Source of the DNA: Longimicrobiales bacterium
GTDB taxonomy: Bacteria > Gemmatimonadota > Gemmatimonadetes > Longimicrobiales > Gaopeijiaceae
Reading direction: 5' to 3'
NCBI GenBank assembly: GCA_965219445.1
Contig: CBDCNQ010000004.1
Coordinates: 672,001 to 736,000, forward strand
DNA: 64,000 bases
How positions within the stretch are numbered: position 1 is the stretch's first letter; every line of letters begins with the position of its first letter. Position numbers and translations under genes: made by a program. This document shows positions 38,557-48,683 of the stretch, piece after piece. The notes beneath the pieces are model-generated. The model saw only the letters and a list, made by a program, of their open reading frames with translations. It was not told where the DNA came from and made no database searches.

Positions 38557-41082
38557 TCATCCACATTGGCTGTATCCACAGATGTGGCACTTCACGCAAC
38601 CCTCCTCGAACGAGAGTTGGCCAGCTCCGCATTCCGGGCAACTGCCGAAGAAATTGGTCTGGGCCCCACCACCCACAGAGAGCTGCGCCTGTGTCCCACC
38701 CGCCTGAACGGAAGCACCGAGCGGAAGCGTCTCCTGCACGCCTTCTTTCTCGGCCATGTACCGTTCGATGGCCTGGCCGATCGCGTCGGGTAGAGAGAGC
38801 ACCTTGTTCGGACCCACTCCGACGGCGCGATCCGAGGAGATTCCCCGGAGTTGGTCTCTCACGGCAGACACGGGGATGCCGGAACGGAGCGCCATGGATA
38901 TGAGCCGCCCCACCGCCTCGGCATCCGCTGTCGCGGCGCCGCCCGCCTTCCCTAACGTACAGAAAACCTCGAAAGGGCGGCCGTTCTCGTCTTCGTTGAT
39001 GGTGACGTAGCAGTCGCCGAGCGGGGAAATCATTTTGAACGTACGGCCCCGCAGCATGGAGGGGCGTTGACGCTTGTGGCGAGCCGCGGCAGCGGTCAGA
39101 TCCGCTTCGTCTCTTTCGCCGTTGACTCGATCCAGCTCCATCTGGAGCACATGGAGAGCCTGCCGGGTGTCCGCGAGCATCTCCTCGAGAGCCACGACGT
39201 CACCCCCCGCCTCACCGGCGTACTCGGCTGATTTTCCAGTCTTTCCGGTCGACAGCACCTGTCCGGATCTCGACCCGTCGCGGTACACCGTCACGCCCTT
39301 GCAGTCGAGTTCATACGCCAGCTGATAGATCTCCCGGACGTCGTCCTCGGTGGCCTGTGTCGGGAAGTTGGTGGTCTTCGAAATGGCGGAATCGGTGTGC
39401 TCCTGGAACGCCGCCTGCATGCGAACGTGCCACTCCGGGGAGATGTCGTGTGCGGTCTTGAAGACGGCCCGCACATCTTCCGGAACCTCCGGGAAGTGAA
39501 TGTGACCCTCCTCCGCGATGCGGGCCATGAGCTCCTCGGAGTACCAATCCTCTGCCCGAGCACGAGCCACGAAGGCAGGGTTCACGTCAGGCATCTTCGC
39601 ACCCGCCTGATTACGCATGAACGCGACGGCGAAAATCGGCTCGATCCCTCCGGAGCACCCCGCGAAGATGGAAATGGTACCCGTTGGAGCCACGGTCGTC
39701 AGGTTGCAGTTTCGTAGCCCGCGCATGGGGCGAATACGATGCCCGGCAGAGTGCCGGGCGCAAAGATCGTCCGGTCCCCAAACGGATTCCTCCCACGCCG
39801 GGAAGGTCCCTCGCGTCTCTGCGAGGTTCTCCGACGCGTTGCGAGCCTCCTCGTTAAGGAAGCCCATCACCTTGCGGCCCATCTCGACCCCCTCGGCGCT
39901 GTCGTAGGGGATCCCAAGCCCGATGAGCATGTCCGCCCATCCCATGACTCCGAGTCCGATCCGACGGATGGTCTGAGCCAGGTCGGTGATTTCCTGCAGA
40001 GGATACTGGTTGGCGTCGATGACGTTGTCCAAGAAGTGCGTGGATAGATGAACCGTCCGGCGGAGCGCGCCCCAATCCACGCCCTCGGCCGGATCGCCAC
40101 CGGGCGCGTGATCCGCCTTCACAAACTCGGCGAGATTGACGCTTCCCAAGTTGCACACATCATACGGCAGAAGTGGTTGCTCGCCGCACGGGTTTGTCGC
40201 CTCGTAGGAGCCGAGCTTGGGGACCGGGTTGAAGGCGTTGGCCCGATCGATGAAAAACGTCCCCGGCTCACCAGTCCTCCATGCTCCGTGGACGATCTTG
40301 TCGAAGATCTCACGGGCATCTTCTTGCCCCACCACTTCCTCGGTTCTGGGGTTCACGAGATCGTAGTTCTCTCCCGCTTCGACCGCCTCCATGAACGCAT
40401 CGCTCAGAGCCACCGAGATGTTGAAATTCGTGATACGGGACGTGTCGTCTTTGCAGGCGATGAATGAACGGATGTCGGGATGATCCACTCTGAGGATCCC
40501 CATGTTCGCCCCTCGCCGAGTCCCACCCTGCTTCACCACTTCCGTGCTGGCGTCATACAATGTCATGAAGGAGACCGGTCCGGACGCGACACCCATCGTC
40601 GATTTGACCTGAGCACCGGTCGGCCGAAGCCGTGAAAAGGAGAACCCCGTTCCACCGCCCGACTGGTGAACGAGCGCCATCGCCTTCAGCGTATCGTAAA
40701 TGCCGCTCTTTCCATTGGAGAGAGCGTCATCGACAGGCAGCACGAAGCAGGCTGAAAGCTGTCCCAGGGGCCGGCCGGCGTTCATCAGCGTGGGCGAATT
40801 CGGCTCGAACTTTCCCGTCGTCATCAGATCGTAGAACTGGCGGGCCAGCTCCCCCACAGCCGCCTCCGATGCTCCGTACTCCATGTCCACGTTCGCCATG
40901 ACCTTGGCCACCCGCCAGAACATGACCTCCGGCTCCTCAACGGGTGTCCCTTCTGCGTCCTTTTTCAGATACCGCTTGGCCAGAACGATCCGGGCATTTT
41001 CGGATAGAGTCGCCTCTGGAATGTCCTCGGGTAGGGGCTCGTCGAAGGTGGGACGCTCAGAGGGTGGGGCCGCCCGCTTCAT
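38557..41082 (-). CDS. nrdJ: Vitamin B12-dependent (class II) ribonucleotide reductase with C-terminal TSCPD/Zn-ribbon
   Basis: PNSPTLMNAG, SACFV, TNPCGEQPL, CNLGS, TVAPTGTIS, KGVTVYRDGSR, C-terminal CPEC...CHICGYSQC. Confidence 0.93.
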   Translation of the reverse strand: MKRAAPPSERPTFDEPLPEDIPEATLSENARIVLAKRYLKKDAEGTPVEEPEVMFWRVAKVMANVDMEYGASEAAVGELARQFYDLMTTGKFEPNSPTLMNAGRPLGQLSACFVLPVDDALSNGKSGIYDTLKAMALVHQSGGGTGFSFSRLRPTGAQVKSTMGVASGPVSFMTLYDASTEVVKQGGTRRGANMGILRVDHPDIRSFIACKDDTSRITNFNISVALSDAFMEAVEAGENYDLVNPRTEEVVGQEDAREIFDKIVHGAWRTGEPGTFFIDRANAFNPVPKLGSYEATNPCGEQPLLPYDVCNLGSVNLAEFVKADHAPGGDPAEGVDWGALRRTVHLSTHFLDNVIDANQYPLQEITDLAQTIRRIGLGVMGWADMLIGLGIPYDSAEGVEMGRKVMGFLNEEARNASENLAETRGTFPAWEESVWGPDDLCARHSAGHRIRPMRGLRNCNLTTVAPTGTISIFAGCSGGIEPIFAVAFMRNQAGAKMPDVNPAFVARARAEDWYSEELMARIAEEGHIHFPEVPEDVRAVFKTAHDISPEWHVRMQAAFQEHTDSAISKTTNFPTQATEDDVREIYQLAYELDCKGVTVYRDGSRSGQVLSTGKTGKSAEYAGEAGGDVVALEEMLADTRQALHVLQMELDRVNGERDEADLTAAAARHKRQRPSMLRGRTFKMISPLGDCYVTINEDENGRPFEVFCTLGKAGGAATADAEAVGRLISMALRSGIPVSAVRDQLRGISSDRAVGVGPNKVLSLPDAIGQAIERYMAEKEGVQETLPLGASVQAGGTQAQLSVGGGAQTNFFGSCPECGAGQLSFEEGCVKCHICGYSQCG

Positions 41083-41168
41083 ACCTGACTACTCCGCGCA
41101 AGAGTGTGGAAAGGCAGTGGAATCTCTGCCTCGGATATGTTGACAACCGACGAAAACCCGCCTCGCCA

Positions 41169-41247
41169 CGGACATCTCTTGTGGGAAAGGACCTCGAGAC
41201 CCACGAAATATTGCGGCCATTCAACGTACGCCCCCCACATCTTGTGG
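41169..41247. promoter_or_regulatory. Tandem NrdR boxes upstream of nrdJ
   Basis: CCACGAAATATTGCGG (41201) and CCCCCACATCTTGTGG (41232), 31 bp apart; weaker CGGACATCTCTTGTGG (41169); consensus acaCwAtATaTwGtg. Confidence 0.7.
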
Positions 41248-41432
41248 TCAAGGGTGTCGATTCCAAGACGGGGGTTGCCGGCACCAAGGCCGGAAATTCC
41301 GCAAGGACCATGAGCCAGAAGGGTGCTCTTCCACAAGAATCTGCTGTACAACCGGCGTTCCCAGAGGTACGATTCGAATGGAGTCCGACGCTCAGGACTC
41401 GGGGGGTTGGCACGCTGTGTGGGAGGTGACGC

Positions 41433-41972
41433 TTGAAAAGGAAAATCCGCCGCGGCCTAGAGATCGCCATGCCCCTCTTGGGCATGGGGATCATCTTCGG
41501 CTCCGTCCTCTTCGGGCCGAACAGCCTTCAGTTACAGGTGTTCTTGGTGCTGATCGGGATCCTGATTCTCGAGGCCGGAGTCTGGGGCCTCACGAACGGG
41601 CTCCTACCAAACGAGCGGCGTTATTTGGCGTTGCGTGCAGAGGGGGACCACTTCCTCGGGCTGATTCGTATTCTCAACCAGGCCGCCGTCGGGCGAGATA
41701 ACGGCGAGGAAAGTGACGAACGGTTTCGCAACACTCGGGCCCAGATGCACACCTCTGTGGAGCGGATGGGCGAACTCGCCGGCAAAGACGCCTTCGCGGA
41801 GAAGAAAGATTTCACGGAGGCGGAAGTGGTGGTGATCGAGGCGGCCGAAGCGACCTTGGCGGAAGTAAGGACGAGGGTGGAGGAAACGACTTCCGTGGAC
41901 GAAACGGCTTCCGTGGAGACACCTGCCGAACCGGCTGGCCGTGAGCTCGACCCCGCGAGGCCGAACGCATAG
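41433..41972 (+). CDS. Hypothetical membrane protein (2 TM, acidic tail)
   Basis: GGAGG upstream of TTG; two hydrophobic segments. Confidence 0.65.
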   Translation: MKRKIRRGLEIAMPLLGMGIIFGSVLFGPNSLQLQVFLVLIGILILEAGVWGLTNGLLPNERRYLALRAEGDHFLGLIRILNQAAVGRDNGEESDERFRNTRAQMHTSVERMGELAGKDAFAEKKDFTEAEVVVIEAAEATLAEVRTRVEETTSVDETASVETPAEPAGRELDPARPNA

Positions 41973-41979
41973 AGTTTCG

Positions 41980-44900
41980 TCAAAAGGCGGTCCCCAACCG
42001 GAGATAAAACGGACTCTCTGTACCGGAGTTCAAACGCAGGGCCACCCCCAGGCGGAAGAACATGCGTGTCGAGAACAATGCCACAATGGAGGTTTGAAGC
42101 TCGGCGCCCACCGACGCCACTGCATTGAGTCTCGGATTTGGTGGATTCCCACCGAACGGAGCTACTCCACCCCACGCGTTTCCCGCGTCGAAGAAGAGGG
42201 CGCCGCTCACTCGATCCATGTGCACGGGCACGAGGCCAATTCCCCGGTGGACGTTGACCAGTGGGAAGCGGTATTCCCCGGATACCGACCAGGCGTACCT
42301 CCCAGTGCGGCGGCCCTCGAAGTACCCCCGGACGGGGAACAGCAGGCGGGAACCTCCGAACAGCTCTGCACCCGTAAGGCTCTCCGGTCGTCCCTGTGCC
42401 CCTCCGACAGAAAAGTGAAAAGCGTCGGCCCCCGGCCCCCCCGCGACGCCGAGGGAGGCCCGCGCCGCCAGAACGTGATTGGAGAAGCCGGGTCCCGAGA
42501 CCGATTGATACGCCCGGAAGACTCCGGTAGCCTCCTTCCAGGAACGGTCGAACCCCGTCGAGCCCCTGAGAGTGTCCGAGAGTGACAGCTCGCGCCGTGC
42601 CCTCCCCCGAACGGACGCCACAACACCCGCCTCGTCACTCGTCGAAAAAGCGAAGCCCCTCGCGGTACTGAACGTGGCTCCCAATTGAGCCTCGCCCAGC
42701 CGACGGCGCGGACGAAAGATCGAAATCGCGCTGGATTCGAGGTCGGTGTCTAAGAACTCACGATCCTCCCAGATGTGGGCCACAGCGAAGGACAGTGATG
42801 TGCTATTTCGGATCCGGCGACGCAGTAGCGTACTGGAGGCCCGAACCGCCCGCTCCTTCTCGGCCACGTACAGCGTGGCGTTGGCACCGGATGGTGCCAC
42901 GACGTCGAAGGGCCCGTCGACGTCGTGACGCTGCGATGCGGACAGGCCCAGAAGAGGGTTTCCAAGGCCCGAGTACGTATAGTTGACGGCCGCGTCGGTC
43001 CGCCCATCCGTTCGGACCCGGGCCACGATTCGGTATCGGTGCTGTCCGACCAAATCGCCGCCGGTGGTGCGTACTCCGAACGCTAGACCGAGAACCTCTT
43101 TGTTGATGGGCCCGCCTACCCGATCCGGCCGACTGACGCCCGACGTATAGGTCGGCTCCCAGTGGTACGGCCGTAGCGTGGAAGACGCATTGTATGGTCC
43201 CACTTCTCCCACGAGCGGGGCGTTCTCCGAATCGACCTCCGGCCCCTCTCCCAGATCGAATCCGGGTTTCACCGGGAAGGGATCGAACCACGCTGCGGGA
43301 TCGAACGGGATTCGCTCAATCGTCCAACCGATCTTGTGATAACTGGAAAAATAGATCCATCGGCCTTCGGGACCGACCGACGGGTAGGCTGTCCCGCCCA
43401 GAACGTTCGTCACCTGCCTCAGTGGCCCCGGCACCGCAGACTCAGGATCGATCTCGATGGCATAGATGTTGGGGATGCCGCTCCGGTCCGACGACCACAA
43501 GAGCCATCTCCCGTCCGGAGACCAGGTCGGGGCCTGATCCACGGACCGGTCGTTGGTGATTCGGCTGACGATGCGCCCTTCGGAGTCCGTCACCACCACG
43601 TTATAGAGGGCCCCCGGGCTCCAACGCGAAGCAGCAATCCAGCGGCCGTCGGGAGACCACGCGGGGAAGGCCCAATGCACATCCTCGAGAAACGGCGTGA
43701 GCCCCCGGACGCCACCGGTTTCCAGGTCGACCTGGACCAAACGGTTCGTCCCGCCCATGGACTGAACGGCCACCACGGTCCGACCGTCAGGCGAAGGCGT
43801 CGGTTGATCCAGGCGAGCGCCCCGTGTGACCCGGCGCTTACGACCGTTGGCACCGATACGAATCAGATCGGATCGGATCCGGAACGGATCGATGAACTCC
43901 ATCTCGGACCCCACGAGAGAACCGTCGGGGAGCCACGCGAAATCAGACAAGTTACTCAACCGTAGGAGCTTATGGTCGCTTGAGCCGTCCGGTTCGCTCA
44001 CGCGCATCTGCACGTCCGTACGTCCGTCCGATTGCACGAACGCCAACTGCGCTCCGTTGGGTGAGACAGACGGAAAGAGAGCCTCTCGCCCCTCCGCCGC
44101 GAGGGACTCCCCCTCGGTGAGTGGAGCGGCCATAGTCAGTGAATCGGACAAGTCGAGGAACCGAGCCTCTAGAACCCCTTGCCAACCTTCCCACGCATCG
44201 GAAAAACTGACCCCGAACGCATCCTTGGCCCCCGAATTCACCCGGTACGGAAACCACTGGCGCGCGATCGCCCCCGCGAACGCGCCCAGACGTTCCTCCC
44301 CGTACGCAGCACTCAGGTGGTCAAAGAACGGTGCCCCGTACGCATAGACCCGGTCTCCTGCTGGCCAGTTCGGCGAACTTCCCGCGACTTGGTCCAATCT
44401 TTCGAAACCGTTCTCCAGCACCGCAGTGCGGAGGACCATATCGACGTAGCTCCCGCGCACCCGGCCCGATCTGGTGAGAGACGATTCGTAATATGTCGCC
44501 AAGCCCTCGGTCGTCCAGCGCGGAAGATCAAAGCTGGGAAAGGTCGGCCACCCCGCTTCCCATCGGCCCATCACACTCCGGATCAGGGATCCGATCGGCC
44601 CTGTGTAGTCCAATTGGAAGACGTGGACGAGCTCATGCGTGATGACGAGTTCCATCCAGTCGTCGAAGTGGGACAGTGCGCTCCCCTCCATCGGCGGACG
44701 CACGTACACGATGATCCGATTGAAGGGAACCGCCGTGGCGAAGCCGTTGCTGGCCTCGGTGTGGTCCGTCAGAAGGAGTTCGATGAGCCCATCCGGCGGA
44801 TCGAGAAAGACCTCGTTGAGCGCCTCGAACGCCCGCTCGGCCCGAGTCGCAGCCCTTCGCGCCAAGGCGTCCATGCCCTCCGGGAACGTGACCCGGAAGT

Positions 44901-45018
44901 GGCTAGTCTCGAGGCTGCGCCAAGGCTCGTCGGGCGGCACCTGGGCCGTCAGCGAGCTGGGCACACCCGCCACACCGGTGGCCAAGAAGCACAACTGAAT
45001 CAGAACGCTCAGGCGCAT
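41980..45018 (-). CDS. Outer-membrane protein: zincin domain + TolB/PD40 propeller + Omp85-type barrel
   Basis: Signal peptide, THELVHVF...TTEGLATY, PxWSPDG repeats, VRGY, EYRFPL, FFDAGNAW, C-terminal F. Confidence 0.8.
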   Translation of the reverse strand: MRLSVLIQLCFLATGVAGVPSSLTAQVPPDEPWRSLETSHFRVTFPEGMDALARRAATRAERAFEALNEVFLDPPDGLIELLLTDHTEASNGFATAVPFNRIIVYVRPPMEGSALSHFDDWMELVITHELVHVFQLDYTGPIGSLIRSVMGRWEAGWPTFPSFDLPRWTTEGLATYYESSLTRSGRVRGSYVDMVLRTAVLENGFERLDQVAGSSPNWPAGDRVYAYGAPFFDHLSAAYGEERLGAFAGAIARQWFPYRVNSGAKDAFGVSFSDAWEGWQGVLEARFLDLSDSLTMAAPLTEGESLAAEGREALFPSVSPNGAQLAFVQSDGRTDVQMRVSEPDGSSDHKLLRLSNLSDFAWLPDGSLVGSEMEFIDPFRIRSDLIRIGANGRKRRVTRGARLDQPTPSPDGRTVVAVQSMGGTNRLVQVDLETGGVRGLTPFLEDVHWAFPAWSPDGRWIAASRWSPGALYNVVVTDSEGRIVSRITNDRSVDQAPTWSPDGRWLLWSSDRSGIPNIYAIEIDPESAVPGPLRQVTNVLGGTAYPSVGPEGRWIYFSSYHKIGWTIERIPFDPAAWFDPFPVKPGFDLGEGPEVDSENAPLVGEVGPYNASSTLRPYHWEPTYTSGVSRPDRVGGPINKEVLGLAFGVRTTGGDLVGQHRYRIVARVRTDGRTDAAVNYTYSGLGNPLLGLSASQRHDVDGPFDVVAPSGANATLYVAEKERAVRASSTLLRRRIRNSTSLSFAVAHIWEDREFLDTDLESSAISIFRPRRRLGEAQLGATFSTARGFAFSTSDEAGVVASVRGRARRELSLSDTLRGSTGFDRSWKEATGVFRAYQSVSGPGFSNHVLAARASLGVAGGPGADAFHFSVGGAQGRPESLTGAELFGGSRLLFPVRGYFEGRRTGRYAWSVSGEYRFPLVNVHRGIGLVPVHMDRVSGALFFDAGNAWGGVAPFGGNPPNPRLNAVASVGAELQTSIVALFSTRMFFRLGVALRLNSGTESPFYLRLGTAF

Positions 45019-45107
45019 CTTTCCTCGTTGACCTTGTCAAATGGGCGCATCGTCCTCACCCTTCGAAGCGTTGGACCATCCATTGGGGTTTCCGAGTGAT
45101 CGAGGGC

Positions 45108-45812
45108 ATGCGCGAACCGTCCAAAAGTATCTGGTACCAGCTGGGTTATGCGCTCGAATCGGCACGCCACGGAGCTCGCTCGGCCCAGGAAGCCCGATCC
45201 GCTAAAGCTCCACGCGTAGCAATAAACAGGTCCGCCGCCGCCGCGCGGTCCGCTCCAAACAAACAGGGTGATGCGACGGATCCCAAACGTACGCCGGTCT
45301 CGTCGACGTTGGATCAACTCATTACGACCGGCGCCGGCATTCTCGGCGATCGACTGTTTTCGATCCTGGCCGGGCGGCACCCCGGAGGGTTGCGCCTGAC
45401 GCGTGCGGCCTTGGCCGGCGCGGGCGCCGCGTTTGCGCTCAGCCTGTTTCGGAACGGGAAAAATGGGACTTCGGGGATCGGACAGAGCCCGCACGACCCG
45501 ACCGCTGAGCTTCTCACGGGAGCCGCTCGTGGCATGCTCTACGGTGCCGTTCTCGAGCCCCGGCTCCCGGGATCGCCGCTCCTTCGCGGGGCCACGTTCG
45601 GTGTCATGGAGTACGTGACATCGCCATTCGGCGGGCTGGACGGCATCCTCGGTGCTTCCAGCCCTCATCGGACCATGCCGATTATCGCGGCGCTCCTGGG
45701 CTCGAGTGATTCGGTGGCGGTGTCCATGGCCGACCACGTCGCATTCGGGGTCACCCTCGGCCTACTCTACGGAGCGGGAAGCGCAAGAAGAGGCAGCCGC
45801 GCGGTCGAGTAG
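45108..45812 (+). CDS. Hypothetical membrane protein
   Basis: Hydrophobic segments, C-terminal HVAFGVTLG; overlaps the convergent gene end by 46 nt. Confidence 0.55.
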   Translation: MREPSKSIWYQLGYALESARHGARSAQEARSAKAPRVAINRSAAAARSAPNKQGDATDPKRTPVSSTLDQLITTGAGILGDRLFSILAGRHPGGLRLTRAALAGAGAAFALSLFRNGKNGTSGIGQSPHDPTAELLTGAARGMLYGAVLEPRLPGSPLLRGATFGVMEYVTSPFGGLDGILGASSPHRTMPIIAALLGSSDSVAVSMADHVAFGVTLGLLYGAGSARRGSRAVE

Positions 45813-47479
45813 GCGGGGAGAGGTCTTGGCTCCACGCGAACCATGCTCTGCGGGCAAGCCGTCAGCGTGATGGTCGATGCGGCGTCCACGCCACCGCCGG
45901 GATCCACCGCGCCTTCGACGATCCCCAGAATCTGAGTACGGATCTCCCCCTCACCTACGCCCGCGAGCCCGCAAAACGCCCATGGACGATCCCGGACCAC
46001 GGCTCCGACATACGCTCCGCCCAAGCGATCTACCCTATCGAGAACGACGTAGGAGACACCCACATCGCGTGCCTCACGGAAGAACCGGTCCGGATCGGCA
46101 CTCAGCGGGTACGTCCGGCTTCGGACGCCTGAAAGCGTATAGAAGATGCGAGGTTTTCGGCTGAAGACGGCTGACTCGTCAGGAACATTTTCGCCGATCC
46201 AACGTGCAGCGGAGACGAACTGCTGGAAGCCTTCACCGTAGCACGCGAAAGGACCCGCCACGCGGACGCCCTCCCGGCACGCTGTGGCCCGGCTCACGGA
46301 CTGTCCCCAGCCCTGCACGGAGGGCACAAGCAACGCCGCGACCGCGATCACCCCTACGGCCAGTGGAAGGCGGCGGTCTATCCGCCTCGTTCCGTGGACA
46401 AGGGCTTCACCCCCGTAGAAGAGCATGAGCGGGTAGAGTGGCAGAGCGAACCGGTCTCCCGACCAGACGGCCGGCCAGAGGAGAATCAGCCCGAAGTACA
46501 GAGGCGTGAACAGCTCGACCACGGTCCAGCGGACCCGAATCCGATCCCACCACCCGGCCAGTGCAAGAGCCATCAGCACCAGACCCAGGCCCGTGAGCGC
46601 ACCGCCCGACCACGGAGACAATCCGGCTGGGATGTGCACGAGGACGTAGCCCTGTAGATTTTCGAGCACGCGGGCTGCGAGGTCTCCAATCCCGGCTTGG
46701 CCCAGATCGGGTTGGTACGGATCGATCATCCAGAACTCGGACACGTACTGGGCCCCACCGTCCGCCCGCGAACGAAGCCACCAAAGCACGTTGGCAACTA
46801 CGAAGACGCCAGCGAACCCGGAGAGCGCCCGCCAACGGCGGGCGAGACCGAGCGCCGCCCCGACCGCCAGCACCAGAGGCAACCCAGCGGTCCGAGTGAA
46901 GGTCGAGAGAATCGCGAAAACGCAGCCGGCCAAGATCCAGCGAGAGGGCACCGCCACATGCTCCGATCTGTGGAAGCTCCAGAGACAAGCGAGGGTCAGC
47001 GCGAGAAAGAGCGGATCCGACAGGATCCAATTGGTGGACCAGACAAAAGCAGGAGAGAACGCCAACACCAGTGCAACGCCAGTCGCCAAAGCCAATCCGT
47101 GTCGGTCACGTACCCAGGCGAAGCAAACCGTCACGCTTAGCGTCACCAACAACAGCGACAGAAGCTTGAAAGTCATCCAAGCCTCCGCGCCAAGTCCCAT
47201 GGCCCCCGCGAGCAGCGCCGGGTAGAGCGGTGGGTATTTCGTGTGGGGCGCCAGAGCCGGATCCCACGCCTCGAGGTACCCCGAACCCGACGACAGAGAA
47301 TGGGCCAGAGACAGATATCCGGCGTTGTCTCCACCGTTGTGCGGCGCCGGACTCAGAGCCGGCAGCGCGATGGCCACGTGGACCAGAGCCACAACGACGA
47401 GAATCATCGCCAGAGGAATCGGTCGTGCGTCCGGCTCCGGATCCATTGCCGGCATCATGTCCCCTCCCCGGGGCGTCAT
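45767..47479 (-). CDS. Polytopic GT-C-type glycosyltransferase (paralog of 32373-33995)
   Basis: GGDNAGYLSLAHSL, KYPPLYP, LSDPLF; many TM helices. Confidence 0.7.
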   Translation of the reverse strand: MTPRGGDMMPAMDPEPDARPIPLAMILVVVALVHVAIALPALSPAPHNGGDNAGYLSLAHSLSSGSGYLEAWDPALAPHTKYPPLYPALLAGAMGLGAEAWMTFKLLSLLLVTLSVTVCFAWVRDRHGLALATGVALVLAFSPAFVWSTNWILSDPLFLALTLACLWSFHRSEHVAVPSRWILAGCVFAILSTFTRTAGLPLVLAVGAALGLARRWRALSGFAGVFVVANVLWWLRSRADGGAQYVSEFWMIDPYQPDLGQAGIGDLAARVLENLQGYVLVHIPAGLSPWSGGALTGLGLVLMALALAGWWDRIRVRWTVVELFTPLYFGLILLWPAVWSGDRFALPLYPLMLFYGGEALVHGTRRIDRRLPLAVGVIAVAALLVPSVQGWGQSVSRATACREGVRVAGPFACYGEGFQQFVSAARWIGENVPDESAVFSRKPRIFYTLSGVRSRTYPLSADPDRFFREARDVGVSYVVLDRVDRLGGAYVGAVVRDRPWAFCGLAGVGEGEIRTQILGIVEGAVDPGGGVDAASTITLTACPQSMVRVEPRPLPAYSTARLPLLALPAP

Positions 47480-47498
47480 GTCTCCGCCTCCGCGGCTG

Positions 47499-48683
47499 TC
47501 ATGTCTCCGCTCCCGACGTCATCGGCCGGCTGCGTGTCATGGACCCCAGAACTCGTGGGGCCTCGGCACCCGTAACCGACGGAATGTTGCCGACGATACC
47601 GTGGAGGTACGCCCACGCCAGGAACGCGAATGCGAGCGCCTCGCGCGCGTCCGGATCGACGCCGAGCTCCATTCCGTTTTTCACCTGGACGGGGTCCAGG
47701 CTCTGTTCGATCGCCTGGACCAACGCCGGATTATTCACACCGCCCCCGACGAGAAAAACCTCATCGAGGCCCCTGGGGATCACCCAAGCCTGATAGGCCG
47801 CGGCGATCGATCGGGCGGTAAACGCCGTGAGCGTGGCGACGAGATCACACCACGCATCCTCGTCGTGACCGGGGTCCGAGCCCGCTACCACGCGATCCAG
47901 GAGTGCCCTTCCGAAGTGCTCCCGGCCCGTCGACTTGGGCGGTGGAGCGCGGAAGTAGGCATCGTCGAGGAGCCCAGTGAGGAGTGATTCGTCCACCTGC
48001 CCGCGGAACGCCATCGCCCCATCCCGATCGAACGGCAAGGCGCCCTCCGTGGCGCGCCGCACGGCTCCGTCGATCAACGCCACACCCGGGCCCGTATCGA
48101 ACGCGATCACCGGCTTCGGCGAGCCGGTGGGCGGCAACCAAGTCACGTTGGCCATCCCCCCCAGGTTCTGGATCGCCCGCCGGCGATCTGCGGCGGAGAA
48201 CAAGAGTTGATCAAGCCAGGGAACGAGCGGAGCGCCATGCCCACCGGCCGCGACATCACGACTCCTGAAATCGCTTATGACCAGCGCCCCCGTACGCTCG
48301 GCGAGCGTAGCCGCGTCCCCCAGTTGGAGCGTGGCTCCCCGTTCACCATCGGTCGGTGGAATGTGCCATACGGTCTGCCCATGCGAACCGATGGCCGCCA
48401 GCTCCTCAGCCTCGACACCCGCGGCCTGACACACTTCCCGAACCGCTGAGGCGAACCACTCACCGAGCGAGGCGTCCAGCCGGCACAGCGTCTCGGGCGT
48501 GCCCTTCTCGAGAGCGTCGAGGATCTTTTTCCGGCGACCCTCGCCGTAAGCGGTGGTGCTGAAGGCGAGCACACTCCACAGGAATTCTTCACGAGATTCT
48601 CCATCGATCTGAACGAGAACGGCGTCGATCCCGTCGATGGACGTCCCAGACATGAGCCCCACGAAAAGATTCCCGGAGCTCAC
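47499..48683 (-). CDS. anmK: Anhydro-N-acetylmuramic acid kinase
   Basis: GLMSGTSIDGID, GSHGQTVWH, DFRSRDVAAGGHGAPLVP, NLGGMAN, FDTGPG. Confidence 0.95.
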   Translation of the reverse strand: MSSGNLFVGLMSGTSIDGIDAVLVQIDGESREEFLWSVLAFSTTAYGEGRRKKILDALEKGTPETLCRLDASLGEWFASAVREVCQAAGVEAEELAAIGSHGQTVWHIPPTDGERGATLQLGDAATLAERTGALVISDFRSRDVAAGGHGAPLVPWLDQLLFSAADRRRAIQNLGGMANVTWLPPTGSPKPVIAFDTGPGVALIDGAVRRATEGALPFDRDGAMAFRGQVDESLLTGLLDDAYFRAPPPKSTGREHFGRALLDRVVAGSDPGHDEDAWCDLVATLTAFTARSIAAAYQAWVIPRGLDEVFLVGGGVNNPALVQAIEQSLDPVQVKNGMELGVDPDAREALAFAFLAWAYLHGIVGNIPSVTGAEAPRVLGSMTRSRPMTSGAET

